DNA from: the human T2T-CHM13v2.0 reference genome, Homo sapiens
DNA: 64,000 bases
Reading direction: 5' to 3' (one strand)
Assembly (NCBI RefSeq): GCF_009914755.1
Contig: NC_060930.1
This document shows, in pieces, positions 1 to 15,052 of the stretch. A program made the translations under genes and the position numbers. Each line of letters begins with the position of its first letter. Within the stretch, counting starts at the first letter, position 1. The notes beneath the pieces were generated by a model that was not told the DNA's origin, did no database searches, and saw only the letters and a list, made by a program, of their open reading frames with translations.

Positions 1-790
1 GTACAAATCTTAGATGTGCAACTTGAATGTTGGCAAATGTATACACCCTTGCAACCAGTGATGCACTAAGGCTGACTCCTGACGGCTCATAAGTGCTGAT
101 TGTGCACATTCCTTCCTGGCTTTGTTTCAGTGATGTCAAGTTGGTAATTTGAGATCAACCACACTAACAGAATTTAAAACACAGAAATTTGCAAATGCTG
201 GAAAGCAGGACATTTTTTTTTTGTCCCCCAGAGAGCAGTTGTTAAAATGTTTACCAGGACACGGCTGGTTATTACCATCAACCAGATCAAGATAGACATT
301 TTCATTGCCAGAGTGATTAATTCATGCCTCTTTCAAGTTAATCCCTTGACTATTACTCTTTGGATTTCTATCACCATTGACCAATTTTTGCCTGTGCCTA
401 AACTTTGTATAAATGGAATCATACAGTAATGTACTCTTTTGTTGCAAGCTCCATCATGCAGCATAATATTTTTTAAAAATTGTATGTGTTATTTTGTGCA
501 TCAGTACTGTGTTCTTTCTTTACCAGTGTGTGATATTCCATTGAATGAATATGCCACAATTTGTTTATCCATTTTCCTGTTGATAGAAATTTGAGTTATA
601 TCCTGCTTGGGGCTATTTTTGAATAAAGCTTCTATAAACATTTTTGTACACATTTTGTGTGTGTGTGTGTGTACTGTGTTCTTTTCACTTCTGTATATAC
701 TTAAGAGTGAAATAATTGGGTGATAGGATAGAAATTGCCAGACAGATTTCCAAAGTAGTGATAATATTTTATATTTGCACCAACAATTCA
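1..790 (-). mobile_element. Old L1 (L1ME/L1MC-type) 3' region, interrupted by MER63A
   Basis: Reverse L1M 3'UTR hallmarks (caaatgtatacaccc, aaatggaatcatacagta, gtttatccattttcctgttgatagaaatttgagtt); ORF 501..791 resembles the L1 ORF2 C-terminus (MFIEALFKNSPK). Confidence 0.8.
56..267. mobile_element. MER63A-like hAT-Blackjack DNA transposon nested in the L1M
   Basis: Termini cagtgatgcact...ttaccaggacacggctg; internal gattgtgcacat and ttcagtgatgtcaagttggta match remembered MER63A; L1 sequence resumes directly after 267. Confidence 0.75.
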
Positions 791-1860
791 TTTTTTTTGG
801 TGATTCTTAACCTCAAAAGATAGCACAGCTGATTTTCCTCAAATATTTATCATCCCAAATTTACTTTGAAACTACAAGAGGTAAGACTATTATTTTTCTT
901 AAATTTTATATCACCATCTCAATTTCAAAGAAGCAGAATATTATATATTAAGAATAAAGAGTTTTTATAAAATTGCTATGTAATATTGTCCTGGAGATTA
1001 CACAAGCATATTATATGCCGTAATCATTTCTTCTCAGGTGAAATGATAAGGAATCATGCTTATGTTAACTCTACTAAATGCCTTATGGTAGCCCTTATGT
1101 ATCTTTTATCTAAAGACCAAGAAAAATAAAAATGAGCAATGATTTTTAAAGTTCTAGATATTGTTCCAAAAACTCTGTATTTTTATTTAAAGGGTTACAT
1201 GTTTCTAAATCTGAGAGCAATATCTGTGTCTATTTTTCAGGTTCCATGCCACCACTGGACTCTGTACATGGACTCATGATCTGTTTTAATAATCTGGGAT
1301 TTACCTTCATTGTTGAGTACTCTGCTATGCCTTCAGACTTTTCTCCAGAGTGAAAAATGAATTACGATGATCCAGACAAGAGCTACTGATATGCTGACTC
1401 GGCTCCATAAAAATCACTCAGTTTAGTAAAACAATTATTTCCTAGCCCAATATAGACAAAATAATTTCCTTGTTAGTTGTCTAGAGTTGTATTATTTTTT
1501 TAACCAGTTGTGAGCAACATCCTTTTAGACATATTACCTTATGTGATTGACGTGGAATTTCAACAACACTTTTATGAGTATGCTGCCAATTTGCACCTAT
1601 TTGAATAGATTTTTCCAGCAACATGTAGGCATGAATGTGCTCATGGCCTTTCTTAAATGATTAATTGAAAGGTTCTAAAGTCTTTTTTCAAGACTAGCCA
1701 ACCCTATATCATAACATGACTTCCATGAAAAAATATACTTTACTATACTCTGTCTTATTTTTGAGGTGTTTTAGATATTAATTTTCTATTAGTAAAATAA
1801 TATAAGTCATTAAAGCCAAGCATGATAGCCAATAACTTTTGTCCCTCACTTATACTCCAG

Positions 1861-2012
1861 CAATATGTTAACAATATAGAAACTTTTAAAATAATACCTG
1901 ATTGACTAGAAATTTGATTGAGGAAGCCTTCTTCTGCAATATGTTAACAATATAGAAACTTTTAAAATAATACCTGATTGACTAGAAATTTGATTGAGGA
2001 AGCCTTCTTCTG
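1861..2012 (+). repeat. Perfect 2 x 76 bp tandem duplication
   Basis: 1861-1936 and 1937-2012 are identical base for base (caatatgttaac...gccttcttctg). Confidence 0.97.
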
Positions 2013-2247
2013 CCTTTCTTACATAGTGTATTACAGAATATATTTATAATCAGTAATATTTCTCTGAAAAGTCATAGAAAGACATTTATGCTTAGAACAG
2101 TAGCTAGAAGGATGAAGAAAGTACTTTTAAAAGCGAACAGTAGAGAGTAAGTAAAACAGATGCAAGGTTGATTTTTTTCACAGCAAATCTATTTTGAGTC
2201 TTTATTAAAATTTTAATAATAAACTTTTTTTTTTAATGGGAAGTTGA

Positions 2248-2545
<298 letters not shown>

Positions 2546-2959
2546 CACACAGGAAGTTGTATTTTACCATGAAGTTATGCAATGTATGAACATAGTATTT
2601 TCTATGATATTTTTGGAAGCAAAACAACAAATCAGGAAAAAAAATAATTTTTGCTTCAGTCATACCTATTTATATGTTATGCAACAAGTAATAGATTTTT
2701 ATTAAAATTCAATTATCATGAATGGGTATAAAGGAGACTTTCATTATGAAAAAGCTAGTTTAATATCTGAATATTTTAGGAAGTTTAAGTTCAACCAGCT
2801 AATGACAAAAATGGCCAACCCCACGCCCCCAAAACCTATTCTTAGGAATTCTATGTTACAAATAGAGATAGTCCTGTCTATGACACGTAACATTAGACTG
2901 CACTAATAGATAAAATATTTTCCACCATGAAAAGAGACATCACTGGAGAGCCTACTGAG

Positions 2960-3300
2960 TAAAAAATACAATGGAATAGTATAAACAATTTTACAACAAT
3001 CAACATGAAAATTTAGGTGAAATGAATAAATTCCTTGAAAAATAAAATTTAAAATAGCTGAGACAATAAAAATAGAAAATATGAATGGTTCTATACATCT
3101 AAAATAATCAAGTCCATTATACGATCTGTTCTAAAAAGAAAACTTTAGCTCTAAATGACTTCACTTATAAATGTTTTCGTATGTTCCTTATGGAAAATGA
3201 AGAAACACTTCCCAACTCATTTTAGAAGTCAATGTAACCTTGATATCCACATATAAAAAAGCATTACCTGTAAAGAATATTAGTCCATGAATGCAAGGGT
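2960..3300 (+). mobile_element. Old L1M ORF2 fragment
   Basis: aaatttaggtgaaatgaataaattccttgaaaa and acacttcccaactcatttt match degenerate L1 ORF2. Confidence 0.7.
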
Positions 3301-3334
3301 GACTTAGAAATCAGTGAAATTTGCCCTGATCATA

Positions 3335-4115
3335 ATATGCAGCCAACAAACATATGAAAAAAAGCTCATCATCACTGGTCATTAGAGAAATGCAAATCAA
3401 AACCACAATGAGATAGCATCTCATGCCAGAATGATGATCATTAAAAAGTCAGGAAACAACAGATGCTGGAGAGGATGTGGAGAAATAGGAATGCTTTTAC
3501 ACTGTTAGTGGGCATGTAAATTAGTTCAACCATTGTGGAAGACAGTGTGGCGATTCCTCAAGGACCTAGAACCAGAAATACCATTTGACCCAGCAATCCC
3601 ACTACCAGGTATATATCCAAAGGATTATAAATCACTCTACTATAGAGACACATGCTCACGTATGTTTACTGTGGCGCTATTCACAATATCAAAGACTTGG
3701 AACCAACCCAAATGCCCATCATTGATAGACTGGATAAAGAAAATGTGGCATATATACAACATGGAATACTATACAGCCATAAAAAAGGATGAGTCCATGT
3801 CCTTTGCTGGGACATGGATGAAGCTGGAAACCATCATTCTCAGCAAACTAACACAGGAACAGAAAACCAAACACTGCATGTTCTCACTCATAAGTGGGAG
3901 ATGAATAATGAGAACACATGGACACAGGGAGGGGAACATCACACACAGGGCCTGTGGGGGGTTGAGGGGGCTAGGGTAGGAGTAGCATTAGCAGAAATAC
4001 CTAATGTAGATGACAGTTTGATAGGTGCAGCAAACCACTATGGCACGTGTATACCTATGTAACCAAGCTGCACATGTATCCCAGAACTTAAAGTATAATA
4101 AAAGGAAATAAATAA
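3335..4115 (+). mobile_element. 5'-truncated L1PA (about L1PA7-8): ORF2 C-terminus, 3'UTR and A tail
   Basis: ORF 3533..3904 (WKTVWRFLKDLEPEIPFDPAIP...MFSLISG) is the L1 ORF2 end; L1PA 3'UTR ends agaacttaaagtataataaaa. Confidence 0.95.
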
Positions 4116-4299
4116 ACAAGTATAAGAAAACAAAAGTAAGCTAGAGAAAATATATCTAAAATCAAATGAGCAAGCAGTCAAGATTTTGTTTTATTTTATT
4201 ATAGCTAGAAAGACACTGCTATAGTCAAAATCAGCAATGACACTAAAGAAATCCTCTGTGCTTTTCAATAAGCAAATATATTTCTTCCAAGACAAAAAA

Positions 4300-4840
4300 A
4301 ATGATAAAAGTGATATTTTTTCAGAAATGCAGAAGTTGTATTTAATAAGAAGCAATATTTATTCATGTTAAAAACTAATAACCAAGAATAAAAAGACCCT
4401 CCTTCATCTCATAAAGTATATATATATATATAAAGAAAATATACTACAGCCTATATTATACTTAATAGTAACTTATTGAATGCATCCTGTGAAATAAAAA
4501 AAGAGACAATGATGCCTTATATCAATATTATACTGAAGGGTTTTGCCAGTGCAATATGCAAAGACAACATAAATAAAAGTCATAAATATTGAAGAAGAAG
4601 ACGTAAAACAGTTATTGCTTATAGTGGCATTTTTAGCACTTAGAAAGTTCAAAAAATCTAAAAGCAATATACAAATTAATAAGTGAAGTCAGTAAGGTGT
4701 TGAGTACAAGGTCAACAAGTAAAGTTTGATTCTGTTTCTACAAGCCAGCAAAAAATTAATCAAAAAATTTTATTTTTAAAATGATATTTACAATACTATA
4801 AAAATCATGTTTCTATGGATAAATCTAATGGAAGATGCAT
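4300..4840 (+). mobile_element. Old L1M ORF2 (RT region) fragment
   Basis: Degenerate ORF2 motifs (aagagacaatgatgcctt, ttgccagtgcaata, agtacaaggtcaac). Confidence 0.65.
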
Positions 4841-4889
4841 AATACACACACATACACACACGCACACATACGTGACTGTATACCCATGT

Positions 4890-6100
4890 TAACAAAGACC
4901 AAATGGGGAGACTAGAATTCTACCCTTGTCCTGACTTTAACAAAGCATATCTTTCTCAGATGAAAGTGATGTCAGAGTGTGATATCAGAGAAAGTCAGTG
5001 AGGAGCTGGTATTTCAGTTCCCAGGTCTGTACAGATGGTGTCAGTGGAAAGCTCAAGGTCTCCACTTCTACACTCAACCAGAAGTAACAAGGCATCATTT
5101 CCTCTCCCTACTAGATTACTATCAGATGAAGCCAGGTGGGACACAGAACTCTTAGTACCTTCCAGAAGTAATGAGGTCTACCTCTAACCAAGGTATTAAT
5201 GAAGGTCATGTGGAGAGTGGTAACTAGGCACTCTCCCTTGCAAGCATGTTGGTATCACTGAAAACCTAGTGGGGAGCCTCAACTCCCCTCAAAGTCCTAA
5301 CGAAAATTTTAGAACTAAAAAAAATCAAACATTTAAAAACAAGAAATTAATGGACTAAACAGTGGAATGGAGGAGAGAGAAGAAACATTCAGTGAACTTG
5401 ATTACAGAACAATAGAAATTACCCAGTTTGAACAATAAACAGTAAAGTAAACTGAAAATCGTAAACAGGACTACTCCCATAGGACTACAAGAAAAGACCT
5501 AACATCCATGTCATTGGAGCCCCACATAGGAAGAAAAAAGGGGATGGGAATGAAAAACTATTTAAAGAAAATGACTGAAAATTTCCCAAATTTATAAAAG
5601 ACATATACCTGAAAATCCAAGAAACTTAGCAAACTCTAAACAGGATAAACCCAAGGAAGCCATGCCAAGAAACATCATAATCAAACTTCTAAAAACTAAA
5701 GGACAAAAATCTTAAAAACTGCCTGGAAGGAAAAAAAATTAGAATAGCAACATATTTCTGATCAGAAACCACAAAGTCCAGAAGGAAGTGGCACATTTGC
5801 AAGTGCCGAGAGAACTGTGAAAAAGGAATTCTATATCCTGCAAAAATTTCCTTCAGAAATGAAGGGGAAATCAATAAATTCTCAAAGAAAAGAAAACTAA
5901 GAGAATTTGTCACCAGTACACCTACCCTAAAAGAATGGCTAACAGAAGTTCTTAAAACAGAAAGGAAACAATAAAAGGAAGGAATCTTAACCTATCTGGA
6001 AGAGTGAAAATATGGGTAAATATTACAGAATTTCTCCTTTTAAGTTTTCTAAAGTGTTTGATGGTTGAAGCAAAATGTATAATATTGTCTAAAAAATAAC
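4890..6100 (+). mobile_element. L1MC/L1MD-type 5'UTR sub-repeats plus degenerate ORF1
   Basis: 5'UTR units resemble 14050-14560; ORF1 motifs cagtgaacttga..agaacaatagaaatt, gaaaatttcccaaattt, aaaatttccttcagaaatgaagggg. Confidence 0.8.
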
Positions 6101-6159
6101 TATAAAATTTAACAAAACTACCCATATATCTTTAGTGTAAACACCTCAGCCTTTCAGTA

Positions 6160-6750
6160 TGCTTGATTGTAAATTGAACTGGAAAACATAAGACCTCTGT
6201 TGGTGATCTGTAGCAGTGGTCTCCAACCACTTTGGCACCAGGGACTGGTATCATGGAGGACAATTTTTCCATGGGCCAGGGTTGGGAGATGGATGAAACT
6301 GTTCCACCTCGGATTATCAGGCATTAGATTCTCATAAGGAGTGCACAACCTAGATCCCCCGGATGCCAGCTCACAATAGGGTTCCCACTCCTATGAGAAT
6401 CTAGTGCCACTGCTGATCTGACAGGAGGCAGAGCTCAGGCCATAATGTGAGTGATGGAGAGCGGCTGCAAATACAGGTGAAACGCTGATCTCTATCCAGA
6501 AGCTCGCCTCCTGCTGGGCAGCCCAGTTCCTAACAGGCGGTGGACTGGTACCTGTCTGTGGCCCTGAGGGGTTGGGGACCCCGATCTATATGTAGAATCT
6601 ATTACTTATTAGTTTAATAAACTAGGACAAAACTACATTCTTTTCCTTTTTCTCAAAATGGGAACATAAAATCTTTATGATGTGTTTCATAAGGTTGTTT
6701 TGCGATATTTTGTAAACTATAAAAGACTACAAAATGTAATAATATGAAAA
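6160..6750 (+). mobile_element. MIR split by the MER1 insertion
   Basis: ctcaaaatgggaacataa...cataaggttgttttg...tttgtaaactataaaag; weak head upstream of MER1. Confidence 0.5.
6214..6583. mobile_element. MER1 (MER1B-like) hAT-Charlie DNA transposon
   Basis: TIRs cagtggtctccaacc / ggttggggaccccg; internal gcattagattctcataaggagtgcacaacctagatcc; degenerate 8-bp TSD atctgtag/atctatat. Confidence 0.92.
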
Positions 6751-6809
6751 TTGTTACTATTACTTAACTTAAAAGATGGTCTTGTTCAAAGGTAATGTAT
6801 AGTAAAATC

Positions 6810-7027
6810 TATTGTGCTGAAATATTTAAGTACTGAGGTTTGTGATTTATGTTGAAATAAACAAACTGAGAAGAGTGATGGAAAGGATGGAGAGATGCAT
6901 AGCCATGAGGTAAGAAAAGTAAATTGTTCATGGTAGCATCTAGGTGATGGGTTTACAGGTGTTCACTGTAAATTTATTTTAACTCTTCTCTACTTGTGAT
7001 AAGTTTCATAAGAAAGTGTTGGAAAAA
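6810..7027 (+). mobile_element. L1ME 3' end
   Basis: atctaggtgatgggtttacaggtgttcactgtaaatttattttaactcttct. Confidence 0.75.
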
Positions 7028-8119
7028 ACTTTAACATAAAATGTTTAATTCTCATAGATTTCAAGAAAATAAAAAAGGTGACCTACCTTGTCACTAAGCA
7101 TAACAACTTCATGGTACATGATATCAACATAGCTTTGGCTATAGCAACAACATTGTATTTATAAGTAAAATGACATACAAGTTCACCATTGTGTGTGTGT
7201 GTGTATATGTGTACATGCTCTCTCTCACACATGCACACTGTATAAATGTATATACACACATGCACACACACATATACATAAAACTCAACATGATATGAAT
7301 AAAAGTGTAAGTTTTATTCCAAATTTTTGCTGATGTTTGCTGCATGCTTTTTTAAGGTCCATGGATAGTTTCATTGTTTTTGGTAATATTCTCAGCATAT
7401 GCTTACAAATAATTTTATATCAAATATTTCAGAGAATCTGCTCACATATCTTTCAATTAATATAAAAAAGATTTGTTGCAATGAATCTTTTTTCATAAGC
7501 AAAAGTTTTTGACACCAAATTATCACAATCACAGTCATTTTCTAGATATGGTAACTGTGATCAAAATTCCTCATTCCTTTTTACAGTATTAATGGTGGAA
7601 TCTGGGCTATGTTAACGGTATACCCAACTCGAGCCCAAAACACATAAATCACTTCATTTTTCTAGGTCAGATTATCTTCAGGCAAAGATAAATATACTCA
7701 ATATGTTTGAAAATGTTCCTGAAGACATAAACGTGTTTTTATAAAGCAATATTTAGAGATATAAATGTAAATGAGCCATATGGATTGCATTTCACTTGAA
7801 ATAACCGCACATTGGAAACGTAATGGAAAATGGGCTTGGGAAAAAGTTTGGAATGTGTTAGGTTACCTTTCATGATTCCGTTTTATAGGTTCAACTGACA
7901 AGCCACGATTGAAGAGTAGAGTTACCATACATAGCTGCGGTGGCACTGCAGTGGTTCATATATGTTGGAAGGGACTCACTTTGAGAGTCTTAATATCTGT
8001 CAGTCTTGGAGAGTATATCACATTCCAGAACAGGCTTGTTGTATGGTCTTGGGGTATGCTCAGTAGACCCAGAAGCCTGGTTAAACTTAGCATGCCTGTA
8101 ACTTAATAGAGCCATTCAC

Positions 8120-9602
<1,483 letters not shown>

Positions 9603-9989
9603 TCAAGTTCTTTTGCCTTAGGATTCCAACTGGCTTATCCATTTGTTTTGTAATGGTCTGAAGACCGCTCTTATAAAAATTGCACTTTGGGATCTGTCTG
9701 GGGTAAACAATCGCTAGAGAACTAGTACAAAACTGCTGAATGCATTTGATAACATAAACTGTTTATTCTATATTACATTTAGTAGAAAATTACAATGTGT
9801 TTTAAGCTACAAAGGATCATAGCATTATATCATAAATCCAAGTCTCTCTCTAGTATTCTAAACTGTTTCTTAACTAGAATATTTCAATTAAAATAATTAT
9901 TTAAATTATGCTATGTATGTTGGTGTTCCTATCATACAGAGAATGACAAGCTCTGTTATCTAAGAACTCAACACTCACAGACAGAACAA

Positions 9990-10105
9990 AGTTGGCCACG
10001 TGTTGATTCTTACTGATAATAGGCGTGTGTGTACTAGAGTTCTCTGTGCTATTCTTTCTACTTTGGTATGTACTTGAAATTATTCACAATAAGATTAAAA
10101 ATTAA
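9990..10105 (+). mobile_element. L1M 3' terminal fragment
   Basis: gagttctctgtgctattctttctactttggtatgtacttgaaattattcacaataa. Confidence 0.6.
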
Positions 10106-10136
10106 ACAGCTCAAAAGAAAATTAAAATTATTTATC

Positions 10137-10575
10137 AGTAGCAGATTCTGTTGAGGTGCCTTTAGCGATATGAAGCACCTGTCCCAGCTGCTGTTCTCAG
10201 CTGCACCCCTCTTCGAGTGTTGTCCTTACCTGACTCTGGGAGCCACCTCATCTGTCTCTGCCTGGGAGGCGCACCCCACTCCACTCTCAGGGGTGTTCAG
10301 AACTAATGACTAAGTGAAGGGGAGAGAGTCCTTACAACAGCTCTCTCACTTCTGGGTGGGAAAATCTCTGGAGCAATTCATACTCTGGAGCCTCCTGTGT
10401 GATCAGGCTGAGGCCAAACTTCTCTTGAGCCCTCTTCTTTGGCTGATTTCATCCTCTACTCTGTCTTGCATTCTTCACAATCCTAGATGTTTCTACTGAG
10501 ATCACTCCCTCAGTAAATCATTTGCAAAATAATTTCTGTCTTCTGCTCTATTTTCAGGAACTCAGCCTTAAGCGA
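10137..10575 (+). mobile_element. LTR16-family solo LTR, LTR16C-like
   Basis: Start gtagcagattctg; gatcaggctgaggcca; end cactccctcagtaaatcatttgca...ggaactcagccttaag. Confidence 0.75.
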
Positions 10576-10609
10576 TTTTATTTTGGAATTAATGAGAGTT
10601 AATCTGTTG

Positions 10610-10850
10610 ATTAGGAGACTAGACAAGGTATAGGAATCAGAAGGCCTGGTTTCCAGACTGACACTGTGTTTTCTTATCTGATCAATCAATTCTGAGAACA
10701 TCAAGTTCCTTTGAAAAATGAGAAAAATAACATTTCCCTATATTTTATGATACTGTAAGGAACAAATGAGATTATGCATATGAAAGCAGTTTTGAAAAAG
10801 AAAAAAGTTTTGTATAATTTGATTACATTAATATGCTATTTCATTATCTA
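10610..10850 (+). mobile_element. MIR
   Basis: ggaatcagaaggcctggtttcc...aaaaatgagaaaaataa...aaatgagattatgcatatgaaagc. Confidence 0.65.
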
Positions 10851-11318
10851 CAAGCAGTTGTAAATCGCCTGATGGTTAATTATAATGTGATATTCAATTC
10901 TGCAAAGTGAGAAATTATTTTAAGGCAAGGAAACCAGAGGCTTGCTTCAATGTGCCACATAACAGGCTGGCTTTTTTTTGTTTGTTTCATTCAAGTCTTT
11001 CATCTCCACCTGCCTTTTCCTGGCGAGACACTGGAACTAGATGTGAATTTGAACTTGTAATGGGCAATGGACTCTGTTATCTTTACGTGCAAGGAGAGCA
11101 CATTTCTATTTTCCTTCCCAGGAGTGAAGAAATGTTTTGTTAAGTGGATGTTAACATTTTATAACTTGTATCAAGGAAAAATGATCAACAACAATTCAAT
11201 TAGTTATATACTGTAATAATAATCACCACCATTGGTCATGCACTTATTTTCCAAAATGTCCACTGACAAGAACAGATATCAATTTCTCTGAGTTGCAGTC
11301 CAGCAATATAAATATTCA

Positions 11319-11630
<312 letters not shown>

Positions 11631-12387
11631 TCACACCCAATGACCAATTAACCTGGCATAATGGTTTCTTCTTAGAAAGGTAGTTTGGGGAAAAGGAAAG
11701 AGTTGTTTTTGATTAGTCTTTTTCCTCCCCTCTCTCTTCCTTTATAGTTTTTCAAAAGTTGTCAATCCTTACTTACTCACATATTCCCATTTTAATAGCA
11801 TATATTTCATGTACAGCTTTTTTGAAATATGTACAGAACTAAAATATCTAAAGCAAAATCCAAATTTCCTGTCTTCTCTCTGTTGTGATACTTTTGCAAA
11901 TAAACTTCACACAAAAGTAATATCTGGTAATGTCACATGACTAGAAACTAAGGCATTCTAGTTAGAAGTCAAAGGAGTTTAAATAATAACTTGTATAACC
12001 TATACCAATATTGTGTTTTCTTCTGTTTCCTATTGTAGTTCTTCACAGAGCAACACAGAAGGTAAAGAAATCAAAATGATGTCCCAAAGTTTACATCCAT
12101 AGGAGCTGATTTCTCAATGGGGAATATTTAAATATGAATGATTCCCACAAGCATACTGAGCACATAGAAAAAAACTGTAAGAGCTCACTGTTTTGAAAAA
12201 TCTGCTGTGCATACTAAAGTGGCTGCAACTTAAACAAACATTTGAAGCATTGTGCAAGAAGGAAAATTAACATAGACAGTGGTTAGCTATCTTCAGGAAA
12301 GTGCCCTTAAAAAAATATTTAGATGGTTAGGTTGCTTATCGGATGATATTGCATATATGTGATATGGCAGACTGAAGGATGTTTATT

Positions 12388-12510
12388 TGTGTGTGTGAGT
12401 GTGTGTGTGTGTGTATGTATATCTTCAAACTATTATATATATATATATAAAATCACTATATGTATAAAATATATAATTGCTCTCTCTCTATATATATATA
12501 TATGTATATA
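12388..12510. repeat. (TG)n and (TA)n microsatellite cluster
   Basis: Directly visible. Confidence 0.85.
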
Positions 12511-14629
12511 CCCAAACTATTTTATCTTCTGACCCATCTAAAACTTACTAAGATTGAACTTACCTTGAACTACTATTTATTTTCCTAAAGGAGTTATTGA
12601 AATATCTTCTTTGCCCTGGTTAAGAATGAGCTATTTTATTACTAAATGTAGTTTCTTTATGGTAAGTGAGTGGAAATAGGCGTACAAATGGGCAGATAAT
12701 TAGATATCATTGTTCCACTGCTGATGAAGTGGAACTATCTCAGTAGGGCTGAGTGTGGCCTTGGAAGTAGCCCTTCCCACAGGCCGAAAGTTGGGCACTG
12801 GCCTCCGAGCAGAAAGAAAGGCCTCCTTCCAAGAACAAACATTCACAGGTAGCATTCATACCTGAGGAAAATTTGCTTTTCATGGGCTCCTTCTAGCCCA
12901 ATGTCCGCATACTCACCCAGGCGCAAGGCCATTTACGATGGTCCATGTGCTAGACAGGAGGAAGGCCTCGACAGGCACAATGCTAACTCCTCATTTCTCA
13001 AATAAGCTTCTATTTTTTTAACCAACTTGCTCTCTCATCAAGTTAGAGGCTTCATGTAAGCAATGCTGAGTGAATTTTCACTTTTACATGAGTCCAATTA
13101 GGACGTAGGGAAAAAAAGGAAAAAGAAAGATAATGTAAAACATGTTAGCAAATAGAACATGAAAACTCCAGATATAAAGCTCTGGAATTTTTATCTTTAC
13201 AGTTATACTCCTCCCAAATGAAATCATATTGGACCAAGTTAGGAATGTTAGTGTAATTTTAAGAAAGTGGAGAAATGGAAAAAACATGATACCCCTAGAG
13301 ATTCTTCAATCAGCCAACTTTGCAGCCTTTGGACAATTTCTATGGCGGACCTGATGTTAATTTTTCATTGGGTCATTTCCAAATCAAAGTAAAGAAGACA
13401 TTACTGAATAAGATCCATGGTTATTTCATCAGTGATTAGGTAATTCTGTGGCAGATTTGTCATCTTAAGTAACATTGAATTAATACACTAATAAAATATG
13501 CATTTAGCTCTTTCCTAAAAGTTTAAAAATTTTATATTAAAATGTTATACTTTATAGATTCTAAAAAGTCTTAGGTACTTTCAGGCTTCTGTTTCTAAGA
13601 AGATGGAGTAGATATATTTTTCCTGTTTCTTTTCTAGGTACAACTAAAAACCCTGTACATTATACATAAAACAAACATAAGAAAACTATGAAAGGTGAAG
13701 GGAAGAAGCCAGGCCATCTGAGACTGAGGATCAAAGGAACAACAGAATAGTGAGTTCCCTGGGTTTTCTTTTTGCCTCATAAATACCGGACTTGGTGCTT
13801 AAGAAGTCAACAGCTTAAAAACACCACAGGAGAAGATAAAAAGAAAGAGAAAGAGAGAGATAGAGAAGAGAAAAGAGAAAAACAACAAAAACTACTCTCT
13901 AATCAAAGGACAAGGAAAAGGCAACCTAACAAGATAGAGAACTTTTAGAAAATAAACACTACTTCAGCTTAACATCATAGAGGAAAAAAAAAAAGGAAAA
14001 CAAAGAGAAAAACAAAAATGTTTCCCCATCCCCACTCATGATAGCAACGGCTGCATGGTAAACATAGATATCCATCCTTGCCTAGCTATAATGGGGCATT
14101 CCAATTTACCACTCCCTCCACCATCACCACCAAATTGGTATGAGAAAGGCCAAGTAGGAAACCAGAATTTTAATCGTATTTGATAGTAACCAATGTAGCT
14201 GTCCCCCAGTAGTGTCAGTGGGGACCATGGGAAGGGGAGCCTGGACTTTCAGTCCCAGTCAGCAGTAATGAGCCATCCTTACTCCTCTTTATTGAGGTGC
14301 TGTAGGAGAAAACATATGAAGGAGTCAGGATTCTCATCACCCCCCCAGCAGTAGTGATATGGCTGGTAGTCACATGGGGATAATAATGAGGCATTTCTAC
14401 CCCTCTTAGCCAGGGAGAGATCAATGAAGGTCCTACATGGAGTCAGAAATCTTACCCCTACCTCACAGCAAGAATAAGCTCTTTCCCCTTGTTATCAGCA
14501 GAGGCTGAGTGGGGACCTAAACCCTACTCCCACTAGTGGAACTCCAACTTCTAACCCCACCTGATAGCTACAAGAAATAAACTTCCCTTCTTCACCTGCC
14601 AGATGTTAGACAAAACCAGCAAAAATAAG

Positions 14630-14827
14630 AGCTTGCCCTTTCCTTGTTGACTAGAGAGAGAGTTTTTTGCTCTTGCTATTTTCTTTTCTTTTCTTCACTC
14701 CCCACCTTTCTTTTTAAAATCTCCTGTAGTATTTTCAGTTGTTGGCTTCTTTAGTTCCAAGTCTGGTATATATGAGGCAAAAATAAAACCCTGGGAACTC
14801 ACTACTGTGTTGTTCCTTGGATCTCCA
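14630..14827 (-). repeat. Inverted copy of 13727-13927
   Basis: Reverse complement aligns with 13727-13927 (about 85% by eye over the first ~115 bp): gatccaaggaacaacacagtagtgagttcccagggtttt vs gatcaaaggaacaacagaatagtgagttccctgggtttt. Confidence 0.9.
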
Positions 14828-15052
14828 GCTCTAACATATCAATAATTACATTAAATGTAAGTGGTCCAAATACACAAATTATAAAACAGAGTAGAAGCTC
14901 AGTGGATTAAAAAACATGACCTAACTATATGCTGTCTAAAGGAAACTCACTTAAAATATACAATATAGGCAGGAAACAAAGAGATCCATCCTGTAAACAT
15001 TAATGAAAAGAAACTAGAGTATTAATATTGGATAAAGTAGACTTTAAACCAC

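Noticed and set aside
828-1353. Plus-strand three-exon chain near 829-880, 1038-1087 and 1241 onward
   Set aside because: Mixed-quality splice sites and a short unrecognised peptide; consistent with pseudo-exons
14050-14570. Degenerate repeating units here and at 4890-5280 as a novel array
   Set aside because: They fit the internally repetitive 5'UTR of old L1MC/MD elements; no repeat-spacer structure
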